A stretch of 63,599 nucleotides of DNA, filler included, from Globobulimina sp. (lineage: Eukaryota), in the NCBI GenBank assembly GCA_003354225.1. It is 39 parts of 39 records of this genome, joined end to end, with 100 filler letters (N's around TTAATTAATTAA, not from the genome) between each part and the next. Parts side by side here need not be neighbours in the genome. Positions count along the whole stretch, not along the records: positions 50,644 to 52,175 come from PIVH01015201.1; positions 52,276 to 53,807 come from PIVH01015202.1; positions 53,908 to 55,439 come from PIVH01015203.1; positions 55,540 to 57,071 come from PIVH01015204.1; positions 57,172 to 58,703 come from PIVH01015205.1; positions 58,804 to 60,335 come from PIVH01015206.1; positions 60,436 to 61,967 come from PIVH01015207.1; 32 more parts are not named here. The stretch is one strand, 5' to 3'. The position numbers were made by a program, and so were the translations under genes. Positions 50,646 to 62,067 of the stretch are shown here, piece after piece (within the stretch, counting starts at the first letter, position 1; each line of letters begins with the position of its first letter). The notes below the pieces were generated by a model that was not told the DNA's origin, searched no databases, and was given only the letters and a program-made list of their open reading frames with translations.

Positions 50646-51053
50646 CTTGGTTCACAACTTGGAAAACAGAAGGAGTTGGTTTCTGTGTACACTCAGGAGT
50701 CCCAGAAACCATATGGCTATGTACTTGTAGACTTGTGTACAAACACGCCTGACCATATGCGTATTCTTTCTGATATTGCTGATGAGAACAAAACAATGCT
50801 GTTACCACGAGAAGATTTGCAGCAATCGAAATGTTCTAAACTGCTGCCAACAAAACAGCCCATCATTGCGAAATCTGCAGAAACTCAAACATTGACACGG
50901 TCCCCAAAGAATATTTGGATTAAACTGAATGAAATTGCAGCCGATCGTTCATATCAGAAGACAAAACATTGCCTAAGAAAACTACCTTCCTCAGATTCCC
51001 TGAATACTGTCGATTATTCTCATTCTTTGAATATAAAAAGACCGTATATTTAA
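50646..51053 (+). mobile_element. Polinton/Maverick (adintovirus)-type DNA packaging ATPase, C-terminal fragment
   Basis: LGSQLG....VSVYTQESQKPYGYVLVDLCTNTPDHMRILSDI fits the Polinton ATPase C-terminal pattern LxxQ...Y...PYGYLLVDL...TPD..R...I. Confidence 0.72.
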
Positions 51054-51266
51054 TATTTGATGCACACAAATAAACATTTTGTTTTGTCTCAGTCTGATTT
51101 CTATGAGTTGCTTCCATAGTGTTGCTTTTAAAAGTAATTTTGGTCAGCCACATTCCAGTTGTTTTCGATATCCTTTTACTTTGTTCTACATTGTAAGATT
51201 GCATATTTGACATTAAATCGATTTTAAAACCTTTCGGAGAACTTGAACTATTTTGCAGTCCAAATT

Positions 51267-51635
51267 TTAAAAATCAGGTTTGTAGTGCCGAAGGGACAAG
51301 TTTTTATTAAGATCATGGTCAAATTCAACGACTAACTCGTGTATACGAATCAAACGTTCATAACAACTTATATGAAAGCGATTTTCCATAGGAACAGCCA
51401 AGCAAATTTTTTTCGGCTTTAAGAATGTTAGGGGAACGATTTTTGGTACTTTCGCCTGAGGTGGGTCATGTATTTTTAATGTGATCTTGCCTGGGGCGAC
51501 TGCTCTATCGCATTCCACATTTTTAAAACATATACCTGCATTGTTCCTCGACAATTTGTCAAACAGGTCGTACATGATTTTTACTATATTATATACACAT
51601 TGTTTGTTTGAAAAAATAATTGAATAATATGGCAT
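51267..51635 (-). CDS. Intronless hypothetical ORF convergent with the Polinton ATPase
   Basis: 122-aa ATG ORF with no family motif. Confidence 0.4.
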   Translation of the reverse strand: MPYYSIIFSNKQCVYNIVKIMYDLFDKLSRNNAGICFKNVECDRAVAPGKITLKIHDPPQAKVPKIVPLTFLKPKKICLAVPMENRFHISCYERLIRIHELVVEFDHDLNKNLSLRHYKPDF

Positions 51636-52279
51636 TTGTATTACTAAATCATACTTTCAAACTTTTTCAAACTTTACATATGTCTGAACAAATTTCGATA
51701 TATGAACAACTTTTACCACTTTGTAGGTAACCTGTGAACTGGCGCAGCTGCAGTATGCCCGCCTAAGGAATGAAAGATGGGTGAAGGCGAGATCGAAACC
51801 GAGTGGATCCACAAATTTTAGGTTTTTTAAAATTTCGAATCTTTATTTAAATTAGATTGCGCATATTAGTATTTCTTTAATTGGCTGCGCAAATTAGTAC
51901 TGGGCACACTTTTCGGGTAGTAGTCAACCACTCATTTCTGACACCTATCAGAGCCTAGGCTCCAACAAACGCGGTTCCTCCTACTCATGTGTTAAAATTA
52001 GTCCTGAAAGAGCGATGATCACTTATTGTTGGGACATAGCAATAGAAAACATGCTTAGTTTAATAATTGTTTAATAAAAATGGCCGCCATTTCGTAGGGG
52101 GTAGGGTGCATTTTTGTCTCTTTTGAGTAGGAACGCGCAGAATAGTAGTTATCTACTCATTTCTGACGCCTCTCGNNNNNNNNNNNNNNNNNNNNNNNNN
52201 NNNNNNNNNNNNNNNNNNNTTAATTAATTAANNNNNNNNNNNNNNNNNNNNNNNNNNNNNNNNNNNNNNNNNNNNTTTC

Positions 52280-53473
52280 TTAAAAGAGATACGAGTCATA
52301 GCCTACATTAGCAGCGATATGAACAGATTCCTCAAACATTTGCCGTTGGAATTGTTGATAAAAAGACAATGGATAATCATATCTGTACTCATGTGCGTAT
52401 ACCTTTGCATGTCCATATTCTGCAGGCTCTGGATATTCATTCTCGGCCTTTGCAGGTTGTTTGGGTGGATCTCGTCGCCTTTTTTTGCTCGAATTGTTGT
52501 ATTTTATTAGGTTTGTAGGACTGGACTCATTCGAGGCAGTTTTCGATGGAATCATACTACACTTCTCACAAACCGCCGTGTTTACATTATTGGCGGCGGA
52601 GCACACCGAACATTGCCATGTGTTTGCATTTGCATTATACGATTGGTTATGCGCTGCATTCTCATTATTATTCCGATAATTTGCCTGTGCTCTTCTCGGT
52701 ATTGGTGGGGATTTGCGAGTTTTTTTAGAGACGTAAGCTTGGTAATTCTTGCTTTCTCTGTTCGGTGAGATAGGTATCAGTGTGTATCTGCTATCTGTTT
52801 TTGTGTTGGTCCTATTGGGTGGCGAGGGATAGGAGTCGTAATTGATTTGTTTTTGTTTCTTATAATAGGCATTGTTTTTATTATGGTAATTGTAATGATG
52901 GTAATTGTTATTACGGTCAGTGTCCGACGAAGAAGAGGCTGAGGGGCCAGAAGAAGCAGAGGGTGTCACAGGGATTTGTTGGTTATTTGGGTCAAATGCG
53001 TCACGTTTATGATAATATTGCCTATAATTTCTATAGTTGTTGTTGTTGTTGTTGTGGTAATAATTGTTATTATTTGTTTCATACATATTTGGGGTATCTA
53101 ATGGGTCATTTTTATCTTGGTTATTATTATATAATTTATCCAATGAATCGGATGCGTCGTCGTCATCATCTGATGATTGGTGTGGTTTTGTGGCTGGCTC
53201 TTGTTCAGATTCATCATCTTCGTCGTTGCAATTGCTGGGTGGGATGAATTCGGGCGGATCGATATCGTAATCAATCTCTCTCCGAGAATGTGGCTGATAG
53301 TGGTAATTGTTGGTTGATTTGGTTGGTGATTCAGTTTGATTGTCGTTGAGTGGTTCGAGATGTACACTCGATTCTAAATTGTTTGTTTGGTGATATTTGT
53401 TTGGTAGCAAAGAATGTAAAATGAAAGGTTTTCAATGATAACCTGAACTAGGTGGGCTCGGTGGATATTGCAT
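52280..53473 (-). CDS. N-rich disordered protein with RanBP2-type zinc finger, one intron
   Basis: MQYPPSPPSS | intron 53374-53442 | ESSVHLEP...; WQCSVCSAANNVNTAVCEKC. Confidence 0.8.
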
Positions 53474-55144
53474 TATTAATTTGTTTTCTTTTTGGTGGTG
53501 ACCATTCAAAGATTAATTAAGGTTTTTTTTTATCAAAACATGAAAAACCTCCCAAGATGCGTAAAATAATTCAAATTATTACAAAATTAACACAAAACAA
53601 CTACAGTCCTAATAATCGTTAATAAGTTATGAAAATATACCTAAAACAAACAAAATCATTTTGATTTGTACGCAATAAATGATCCCCATTTTTGATAGCC
53701 ATCATTACATCGAACCACTTTTGATTTCCACCCTTTAACTATATATTCATAATCCTTTTCACTAAATTCCTCAATAAATTCATCTTTAATCAATTCAAAT
53801 TTATTTANNNNNNNNNNNNNNNNNNNNNNNNNNNNNNNNNNNNNNNNNNNNTTAATTAATTAANNNNNNNNNNNNNNNNNNNNNNNNNNNNNNNNNNNNN
53901 NNNNNNNGGCGCATAGCGCAAGCTGGTGTCGAGTACACTAAAGACCAACATCAAACATAGAAACATAAAACCGGCTTATATACATGATGGGAATTTTTTA
54001 TTTCATTGCCGTTCTTTATAATTATTGTTTTCCGTTTCTAAATAAATTAAAACCTTAGTTCGCTTATTTGATTAAATTAAAATTCGTGTACTTTTATAGC
54101 CTTGGGTTCTTAAAGTTGTGTCCGTACTTTTTTAGATCTCAGATTGTAGATCATTTTAAACCGGTTATCTATGGAGAGCGTACGTACTATTTAGTCAGAT
54201 AGCTGCCAGCCCCTGTGGTATTATTTTCGGTGTCCAAAGGCTAGTAGCGAGGCGAATAGATGATTTATCGATAAAAGGACAGCGAAAACAGATTGAAAAC
54301 AAATCACATAATAAATATTGTAACCGATTTGAACGGTCATGACTTGTTCCGTGACAATCAAAAAACGCTAACTTTGACTAACTGTAACTTTTGTAGTGAA
54401 TGAATTTATACAACGATTTTATTATTATATAATGATCATATTAACATCGATATATGAATATATCATAAAAACTCAGTTGCGCCAAAATTACATTTAGCTT
54501 ACAATTACAGTTACAGAACATTTAGCTTTTGTGCGTATACTATCGCCATACTTTATTATTAAATTAAAAACAGAAGCAAATATTGCGTCAACTAAAGACT
54601 GAAGATGGAAAATAGACTGGTATTACCTAAAATTGTTATCAATTATTATACAATCCAGACACCCCTTATCAATTGAATGAAATAAGTGGGCTCATTAATC
54701 CCAATAGCATGCAACATTATTCATCATTTCAGATTTTAGTACTTCAATTCCTTCAGTTACGAGGGATAATACACATTTATTAGCAGTCGATATCCTGTAA
54801 TTATGTGGGAAAAGTACAAACATTGGAAGATAATACCCTCACAATAGGCAATAACAGTAGATAATATACCATAATAAGGCAATAACAGTAGGTATTGTCC
54901 TCAGAATTATGTGGGAAACGATGTTTGATGAGAAGTTAGATCCGAGACTACATTCTATTGCACATAAACAAAATATATGGCGCCTCGCTCAGTCCCCATA
55001 AGGACAAATATTGTTAATAATAGAAATCATCCTGTAGAAGGTCGATGTAAAAAATTTAATGGTCATCCTGTGGCCAGAAGAGTCATGAGAAAACAACTTT
55101 TGGATCAGCCGAATCCGAATAGAGAGAGATGGCCAAGCCTTAAA

Positions 55145-55438
55145 TTAACTGTAACGCACGCGCTTAGTTGTAACATAATGCGCAAGACTCTTTACTTCCG
55201 GCACAGCGTTCTGAACGGCAACAGCAAATCCTACTCTCTTTAAAATAGGCGCGTCCATCAAATCGTCTCCGATACAACATATTTGCTCAGGCCTCATATT
55301 GAATTTCTTTAATAACGCTTCATACGCCTTAAGCTTGTTCTTAACATTTTGATTGAGTGAGTGAATATCCAAGTCTTTTGAACGTCTCACATTCGCTTTA
55401 CTCTTTTTTGCTGTAATTACAGAGGTAATAAAACCGGC
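55145..55438 (-). CDS. kdsC: Bacterial KdsC/YrbI-family HAD phosphatase fragment, truncated at both ends
   Basis: VITAKKS..RR.KDL...KNKLKAY..LL...ICCIGDDLMDAPILKRVGFAVAVQNAVPEVKSLAHYVT; the usual GGxGAVRE end is missing. Confidence 0.85.
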   Translation of the reverse strand, partial: AGFITSVITAKKSKANVRRSKDLDIHSLNQNVKNKLKAYEALLKKFNMRPEQICCIGDDLMDAPILKRVGFAVAVQNAVPEVKSLAHYVTTKRVRYS

Positions 55439-55797
55439 TNNNNNNNNNNNNNNNNNNNNNNNNNNNNNNNNNNNNNNNNNNNNTTAATTAATTAANNNNN
55501 NNNNNNNNNNNNNNNNNNNNNNNNNNNNNNNNNNNNNNNTAACAGTATTGATATGTGTGTTAATAATACATCATGTTCAACATTTTGCATGCAAAGTATC
55601 GTGCAAACGAAACACGTTGCCGCCACAAATGGTGTTGACAACACAAACGACTTCAGCATATATAGAAAATATAACAGCTACAATGATAGACACAGTAAAG
55701 GTACGATATCCATATTGTACATATTATCATATCAAAAATCAAAAACAAAACAACACAGAATAGAAGACGGTGTTGTTGCTTTTGTAGATGTATACCA

Positions 55798-56982
55798 GTG
55801 GATGGCTCAACTTTTAACTTCTTCCCAGTCTCGTATCTATTTTATATTTTATTCTTGATATTATTATGTTGTTTAATCGTATTCAATGTGAAAAGTAAAA
55901 ATGATTCTATTTTATTTTCCGTTGACTCCACAACAAATTCGAAAATGCCCATATTGCATTACATATTAATTTATGGTATCATTGTATTATCGACCTGGGA
56001 ATCATTGCATGCGTTTTACGGTTTTTATACAACATATTTCTCGGTGGTCCACGGATATTTTATTTCTACGACAACAGTGCTATTGCGATTTTTTTTATTT
56101 TATGGCACTATCTTTCTGATCATTTTTCTATTCGAAATACATTTATTTTATTGGTTATTTCCCATCGTGGTATTATTGCATGTCTCATTTAATTGTTACT
56201 GCACATTACAATTCGCTCGAATATTGATTAAAAGTTATCAGAAACTGGTAACCAAAAACAACTTATATATGATTCAGGACGAATTGAAAAATATTAATTT
56301 TATGAGAAAAATATCCATTATTTGTTGTATTTTGCAGGCAATATATTTATGTGTGTTTTTTATTTCTCATAATCTGAACACAATTTGTTATTTACCGTTA
56401 GTATGGTCCTTATCAGCGGTGATTTATATGTTAAACTTCGTGAGGAACAGAATATTGTATCGGAAGATTACACATCACATCAAATCAAAATGTCAAATTG
56501 CGACAGATACAACTTTGCCAAAAACGCAAAGTGCTGACAATATATCGGATCCATCCGCTGCAGACAAACAATTGCAAACAAAAAAAGCAGTACGAAACAG
56601 CAAAGCATTGCATTTATTGGGTTTAGTAACTCCCGGCGCCGCATCGACACTGTCGACACATAAAAAAAGTATGTCCTTAAAATATGAACAGCATAGCAAT
56701 AGTTTATCAAAATTAGCAGCAAAATCTGATGAATTGCAACCAACCATAAAACTAAAAAGAAGTCACAGTAATAATGTTCCATTGATGAAAAATAAAAAAG
56801 CGCCCCATTTGCATGCAAGTTTATCACATCCAATACTTTTAACAACAAAAATGACGCCATCTAATACCGGTACATATACACCGTTCGATAGTATTTCTTC
56901 TTCGTCTGATCCTCTGCCAACAGCTCTGCAATTTGGGTTTGTTGTATATATTATATATAATTTTAGTAAAATTTTAAAATAA
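55798..56982 (+). CDS. Six-to-seven-TM protein with long cytoplasmic tail (GPCR-like topology)
   Basis: Series of hydrophobic helices, then an S/T/K-rich tail; the true start is uncertain. Confidence 0.55.
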   Translation: MDGSTFNFFPVSYLFYILFLILLCCLIVFNVKSKNDSILFSVDSTTNSKMPILHYILIYGIIVLSTWESLHAFYGFYTTYFSVVHGYFISTTTVLLRFFLFYGTIFLIIFLFEIHLFYWLFPIVVLLHVSFNCYCTLQFARILIKSYQKLVTKNNLYMIQDELKNINFMRKISIICCILQAIYLCVFFISHNLNTICYLPLVWSLSAVIYMLNFVRNRILYRKITHHIKSKCQIATDTTLPKTQSADNISDPSAADKQLQTKKAVRNSKALHLLGLVTPGAASTLSTHKKSMSLKYEQHSNSLSKLAAKSDELQPTIKLKRSHSNNVPLMKNKKAPHLHASLSHPILLTTKMTPSNTGTYTPFDSISSSSDPLPTALQFGFVVYIIYNFSKILK

Positions 56983-57172
56983 AAAGTAAATTAAAAATAT
57001 ACACAGAACTAATGAGGAATTTAAACCAGATTTTTGTATTAATATGTTAGATTTTGAGAAAAGAAGCGATANNNNNNNNNNNNNNNNNNNNNNNNNNNNN
57101 NNNNNNNNNNNNNNNTTAATTAATTAANNNNNNNNNNNNNNNNNNNNNNNNNNNNNNNNNNNNNNNNNNNNT

Positions 57173-58703
57173 AATTCGGATCCATCGGGTGGATTTATAC
57201 GTACTGTTCCATCCAATTTGTACATGCATATAAACTACAAATATAATATGATATTACTGCCAAAGTACTATGAATACAATCCGTCAAATGCGTTATTCTG
57301 TGATTTAGATATTAAAATATTTAATAAATATTGTCGTACACATACGCCTTTATTTGATTTGCAAACATTAAAAATATATTTATCTCCAAACATTGTGAAA
57401 AAATATTTTAAATCCATATTGGACGCATTATATAAAATCTATGCGTTTACACATGCGACAAAAACACAAATAAATCTAAAAACAGCAGCCAAATATTATA
57501 AACCATCGCGTATTTGGGACAATTTCTTATTCAATTTGCATCCAACTATGATATACATCAATAATAATATAAACTGGTCCACATTCATACAATTTTTCAT
57601 TCAAATATTTGAAATCGATACCATTAATACAGCCCATATGGAACCAGACAATACATATTTCACTGAAACTCAATTAAATGACAAAATACAATTAAATATA
57701 AAAATATGCCCATCCGGCTATAAAGGCGGCGGTGGGGATGGTATAACCGATAAAATACAATATTTAGCGCCTGAATATCTAAATACATTTGACCCGCAAC
57801 CTATATTCCAACCCAAATCCAAACGTAAAATCAACACTAGTTTCCAGACTGCATTGCCATTACAGTCAAAGTCAATGAGTCCAACCGAACAAACGCAACT
57901 GGCAAACAACCATAAAACAATGACATTCGGTAATCATAAGACTGAGCCATCGCCGCCATTCACATTTGATTTCTCCATCACATCACAGACAGTATATATC
58001 GATCAAAGTCATGAAACCGGTGCCATATCGAATGCATTTTTAAACATCGATCCTAAACAATCAGTCACCGTCTTCAGCCAAGACATGTACACTGACCATG
58101 AGGGTGACGGTGGAGCGACAATCACAGACAGTGAGACAAAAAACAATGGTGACAGCGAGCACAGCGACGTATTTATTGATGGCGATGATGATGATGATGG
58201 TGGCTATGCAGCGGGTGGTGAAACGCCTAAATTTTCGGAGAGCGTTACCTTACCAATCAACACAAAAACACTTATGAAAAAAAGCAAAACCAGACTACAA
58301 AAACATGTACACAAAAAACGGAAGGAATTAAAAGTGCGAACAGACATTGGCTATTTACCAGACCTATGGAATTTGAGTGGGAACGTGTTTGCCGTCGGAG
58401 TTATGCTATTTATTTTATTGAATGGATATCCACCGTTTGAGAGAGCAAATGTAACCGACCGATGGTATAAGGAAATTGTGAGAAATAAGTTTCATAAATT
58501 TTGGAAGTTACACCGTGCCTCGGCCATTAATGCCATACCGATGTCAGCGCCGCCAATCTCATTTACAGCCTCGACCATGAATGTATTGTCACCGCAGGCG
58601 CGGCCGCAGAGTCTTCGAATCAACAAAGCAGCGCCTCACGTCTCTGTATCTGCCAATAATGTGTTTGCTTATTCACCATTTTCGCCAACATCGCCCAACA
58701 CCA
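57173..58703 (+). CDS. Divergent protein-kinase-fold protein (probable pseudokinase), partial
   Basis: QYLAPEYL and VFAVGVMLFILLNGYPPF..A..TDRWY are present; HRD and DFG are not recognisable. Confidence 0.7.
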
Positions 58704-58805
58704 NNNNNNNNNNNNNNNNNNNNNNNNNNNNNNNNNNNNNNNNNNNNTTAATTAATTAANNNNNNNNNNNNNNNNNNNNNNNNNNNNNNNNNNNNNNNNN
58801 NNNCC

Positions 58806-59945
58806 ATTGGGAGAAAGAGCTTAATTTACAATAATATGAAGAAAGAGCGGCAGGATAAGAATAATAATATGGCCATTGACCACATTCTCAAATGGCATGA
58901 AAGAGAGGACAATGATTATTCGTTTCCGTATAAATTATACAAAGAGAAGCAACATTGGAACCAAATCAAACGCAAGAAACGATGGAAGAAAAGGAAGGAA
59001 AAACAGATTGAGTTTTGTAATAAAACGGATGCGATTATCAATGAGATAGAGAGTGGGACGGATATCAATGCCATCATCAACGGCGAGAATGGGAACGAGT
59101 CGAATAAGCGAGACCGAGAGAAGAGGTTATACGAAAAGGAGAGATTAAATAAGATTGAATTGGAGGAATCTGATGCGAAGGAATATAAGTTGCAACTCCG
59201 AGAATTATCGGATTTGAAAATAGCGGTGGAATGGCTGAAAAATGCAATATCGCTGTTTAAGAAAATGGAAGCGAGATTATGTATATTTGATTATGTTGGC
59301 CATTTTTCTGCACATTTGCATCTAAGTTATTGTTATTTAAAATTGAAAGCATGGAATTTCGCCTTTCGACATGCGGAGCAAACGATAAATATTTATAAAA
59401 AAGAACAAACCTCGAAACAAAAGCACAATCATAGTAATAATGCGAGTCAATCATTGTTCCAATCCTATGATTATAGCACTACGTATTTGGCGCATATGTA
59501 TGCTGCGGAAGCATTGATACATTTAAATAAATTTAATGCTGCCATACAACATTTAAATCATTTGAAAGAAAAATATCAAAATGTGGCGGCGAATAAGACC
59601 GGTAATGTTGCAAATGAGTGTGGTAAAAAAAGCAATCCATCAAATTCGAATATTAAACATAAACAAAAATACAATGAGAAACTAAAAGAAAAACAAAGGA
59701 TGAAAGAGAATAATAATTATTTAGCTATTTTAGTGAATTTAGCAATAACATATATTTGTAAGAATGTATTGGAAAAAGCACATAAATATATTCATGAAGC
59801 ATTGAAATTAAATGATGAGTACTATCCTGCTTTGAGAATGTTGGTATATTTACATATGAGAATGGGTAATAATAATGAAGCCATTAAAATATTAAAGCAT
59901 AGACGGCCTATTCCTGTTAAACAATTTATTCAAGAACAAAACTAA
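58806..59945 (+). CDS. CNOT10: CCR4-NOT subunit 10-like TPR protein C-terminus
   Basis: WLKNAISL, LAHMYAAEALIHLNKFNAAIQHL, VNLAITY, LVYLHMRMGNNNEAIKILK. Confidence 0.8.
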   Translation: MGRKSLIYNNMKKERQDKNNNMAIDHILKWHEREDNDYSFPYKLYKEKQHWNQIKRKKRWKKRKEKQIEFCNKTDAIINEIESGTDINAIINGENGNESNKRDREKRLYEKERLNKIELEESDAKEYKLQLRELSDLKIAVEWLKNAISLFKKMEARLCIFDYVGHFSAHLHLSYCYLKLKAWNFAFRHAEQTINIYKKEQTSKQKHNHSNNASQSLFQSYDYSTTYLAHMYAAEALIHLNKFNAAIQHLNHLKEKYQNVAANKTGNVANECGKKSNPSNSNIKHKQKYNEKLKEKQRMKENNNYLAILVNLAITYICKNVLEKAHKYIHEALKLNDEYYPALRMLVYLHMRMGNNNEAIKILKHRRPIPVKQFIQEQN

Positions 59946-60435
59946 ATTCTTCTTTTCTTTCTACTTATACATGACTGCATGTCCCACACTGTTTAATTGT
60001 TAAATTCAATACTTCTCATGAATTACATATGGCGCGTTGTTTTAATACCAGTATACAATTAAAGTCTGAATTTGTGTATACGGTTTTATTTGTATATTAG
60101 AGACGTGCGTTTCAAATTTCACAATAATACTCACTTTGTAATAATCACTTTGCAACCCTGACAGTACAGCATGCGCAGTATGATAAGAAAGCACATTCCG
60201 ATCGACCAGAGAAGCGATTACAAAATCGAAAGAGTGGATAGTAATTTGGCAAAAAAGAAGCAATATAGGTATCTTTGATCATGAATCAGACACTGAGATT
60301 TTGTTGCGGTCTTTGCCAGCGGTCATTATGTCTTTNNNNNNNNNNNNNNNNNNNNNNNNNNNNNNNNNNNNNNNNNNNNTTAATTAATTAANNNNNNNNN
60401 NNNNNNNNNNNNNNNNNNNNNNNNNNNNNNNNNNN

Positions 60436-60645
60436 TTGATTTGTTATGTTTGTATATAATAATATTTGATTTGTGTTGATTTGTTATGTTTGTATATAAT
60501 AATATTTGATTTGTGTTGATTTACAGTCCTGGGTTTTTATTGTGTGCTGAGTGTGTTGGGTCTATATATTTATTTGATTTGTTATGTTTGTATATAATAA
60601 TATTTGATTTGTGTTGATTTGTTATGTTTGTATATAATAATATTT
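60436..60645. repeat. 40-bp repeat, three full copies and one partial
   Basis: TTGATTTGTTATGTTTGTATATAATAATATTTGATTTGTG at 60436, 60476 and 60574; partial copy at 60614. Confidence 0.92.
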
Positions 60646-61253
60646 TAATCCATTGTGGTGATATAACATTTCAAGGACACGGAGGGATCAATGCATTGAA
60701 AAATTTTAATTCATGGATAAAACAATTCCCCCATCCATATAAAATTGTTATTGGTGGAAATCATGATCGATTTATGCCAAACATGGAATATATGCCTTTA
60801 AAAAATGATATTTTTCAAGATGTCACTTATTTGGACTGTAACAGTAAAACGATTGAGGAATATGACAATTTTACAATTTTTGGTTGTGGCTGGTCTCCGC
60901 GAGGTAGTGCTAATAATGCATTTCAAGAAATTACACAAACACATATTGATAATTTAAGAAATACGATGAATGATTCACCAAAAGGTATTGATGTTTTATT
61001 AGGACATTCTGATATGACTTCGATAAAGAAATATTGGAGTGATCGGAATGAAAAAGTTAATGAAATATTTAAACTGATAAAGCAATGTAATGCATGTATT
61101 CATTTTTGCGGTCATTTCCATGCAAGATATGGAGTTAAAATAAGAAAAGGATTTTATAATAATAATACAGATATGATGGTGGTTAATTGTTCATCTTTGG
61201 ACGGATCATATTTACCAACAAATTTCCCTGTTGTATTGGATGTGGAGTTATGA
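60642..61253 (+). CDS. MPPED-like metallophosphoesterase lacking its first motif
   Basis: ILIHCGDIT, FNSWI..PHPYKIVIGGNHD, DVLLGH, HFCGHFH. Confidence 0.85.
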   Translation: MLIHCGDITFQGHGGINALKNFNSWIKQFPHPYKIVIGGNHDRFMPNMEYMPLKNDIFQDVTYLDCNSKTIEEYDNFTIFGCGWSPRGSANNAFQEITQTHIDNLRNTMNDSPKGIDVLLGHSDMTSIKKYWSDRNEKVNEIFKLIKQCNACIHFCGHFHARYGVKIRKGFYNNNTDMMVVNCSSLDGSYLPTNFPVVLDVEL

Positions 61254-61306
61254 CTTAAACTTAAAAGTAAATCGTATTCACCAAATAAAAAACTTTCCTG
61301 TCAGAA

Positions 61307-61967
61307 ATGCGTTCATCAAATCGTACATTATCTATCATTCGTAACAGTTATTTATCCCCATATCACAGGTCATTTTGCACATCTCCATCAACTACCAAAC
61401 TTGGATGGATTGGCACAGGCGTTATGGGGAAACATATGTGTTCACACTTAATAAATGCAGGATATTCAATGACTGTGTTTAATCGCACTTTATCAAAATG
61501 CGATCCATTAAAAACAATCGGTGCATCGGTCGCCTCCTCACCACGTCAAGTCGCTGAAAATTCTGACATAATATTCACCATTGTTGGCTATCCAAAAGAT
61601 GTAAAATCAACCATATTGGATGAAACAAATGGCATTTTATCTGGATGTCAACCACAGAAACATCAGATAATTGTTGATATGACCACCTCTGAACCATCAT
61701 TAGCAAAAGCAATCGCAGAGCAATGTTCCTTGTCAAATGTATCATGTTTAGGTAAGCTACACACCATTTTAACATACTATTTATTTGTGTATTAATAATT
61801 AATATATGATGATAGATGCACCAGTAAGTGGAGGAGATGTCGGTGCAAAGAATTGTACATTATCCATAATGGTTGGAGGTGACAGCAAGACCTACAATCG
61901 AGTTTTGCCGTTATTTGAGATCATGGGCAATAATATAAAACATTTAGGCCAACAAGTTGGCAGTGGA
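61307..61967 (+). CDS. 3-hydroxyisobutyrate dehydrogenase-like, mitochondrial-type (3' partial), one intron
   Basis: Transit-like N-terminus; GWIGTGVMG, FNRT, VDMTTSEP | intron 61752-61815 | DAPVSGGDVGA, LSIMVGG. Confidence 0.93.
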
Positions 61968-62067
61968 NNNNNNNNNNNNNNNNNNNNNNNNNNNNNNNNN
62001 NNNNNNNNNNNTTAATTAATTAANNNNNNNNNNNNNNNNNNNNNNNNNNNNNNNNNNNNNNNNNNNN

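Noticed and set aside
60436..60645. 40-bp repeats as a CRISPR array
   Set aside because: Copies are directly adjacent without unique spacers, and no cas genes are present.
1536..62067. Regularly spaced TTAATTAATTAA palindrome that looks like a repeat array or CRISPR
   Set aside because: Always embedded in N44 runs between length-sorted contigs, so it is an artificial linker. ORFs ending in XXX-LIN are artefacts of it.
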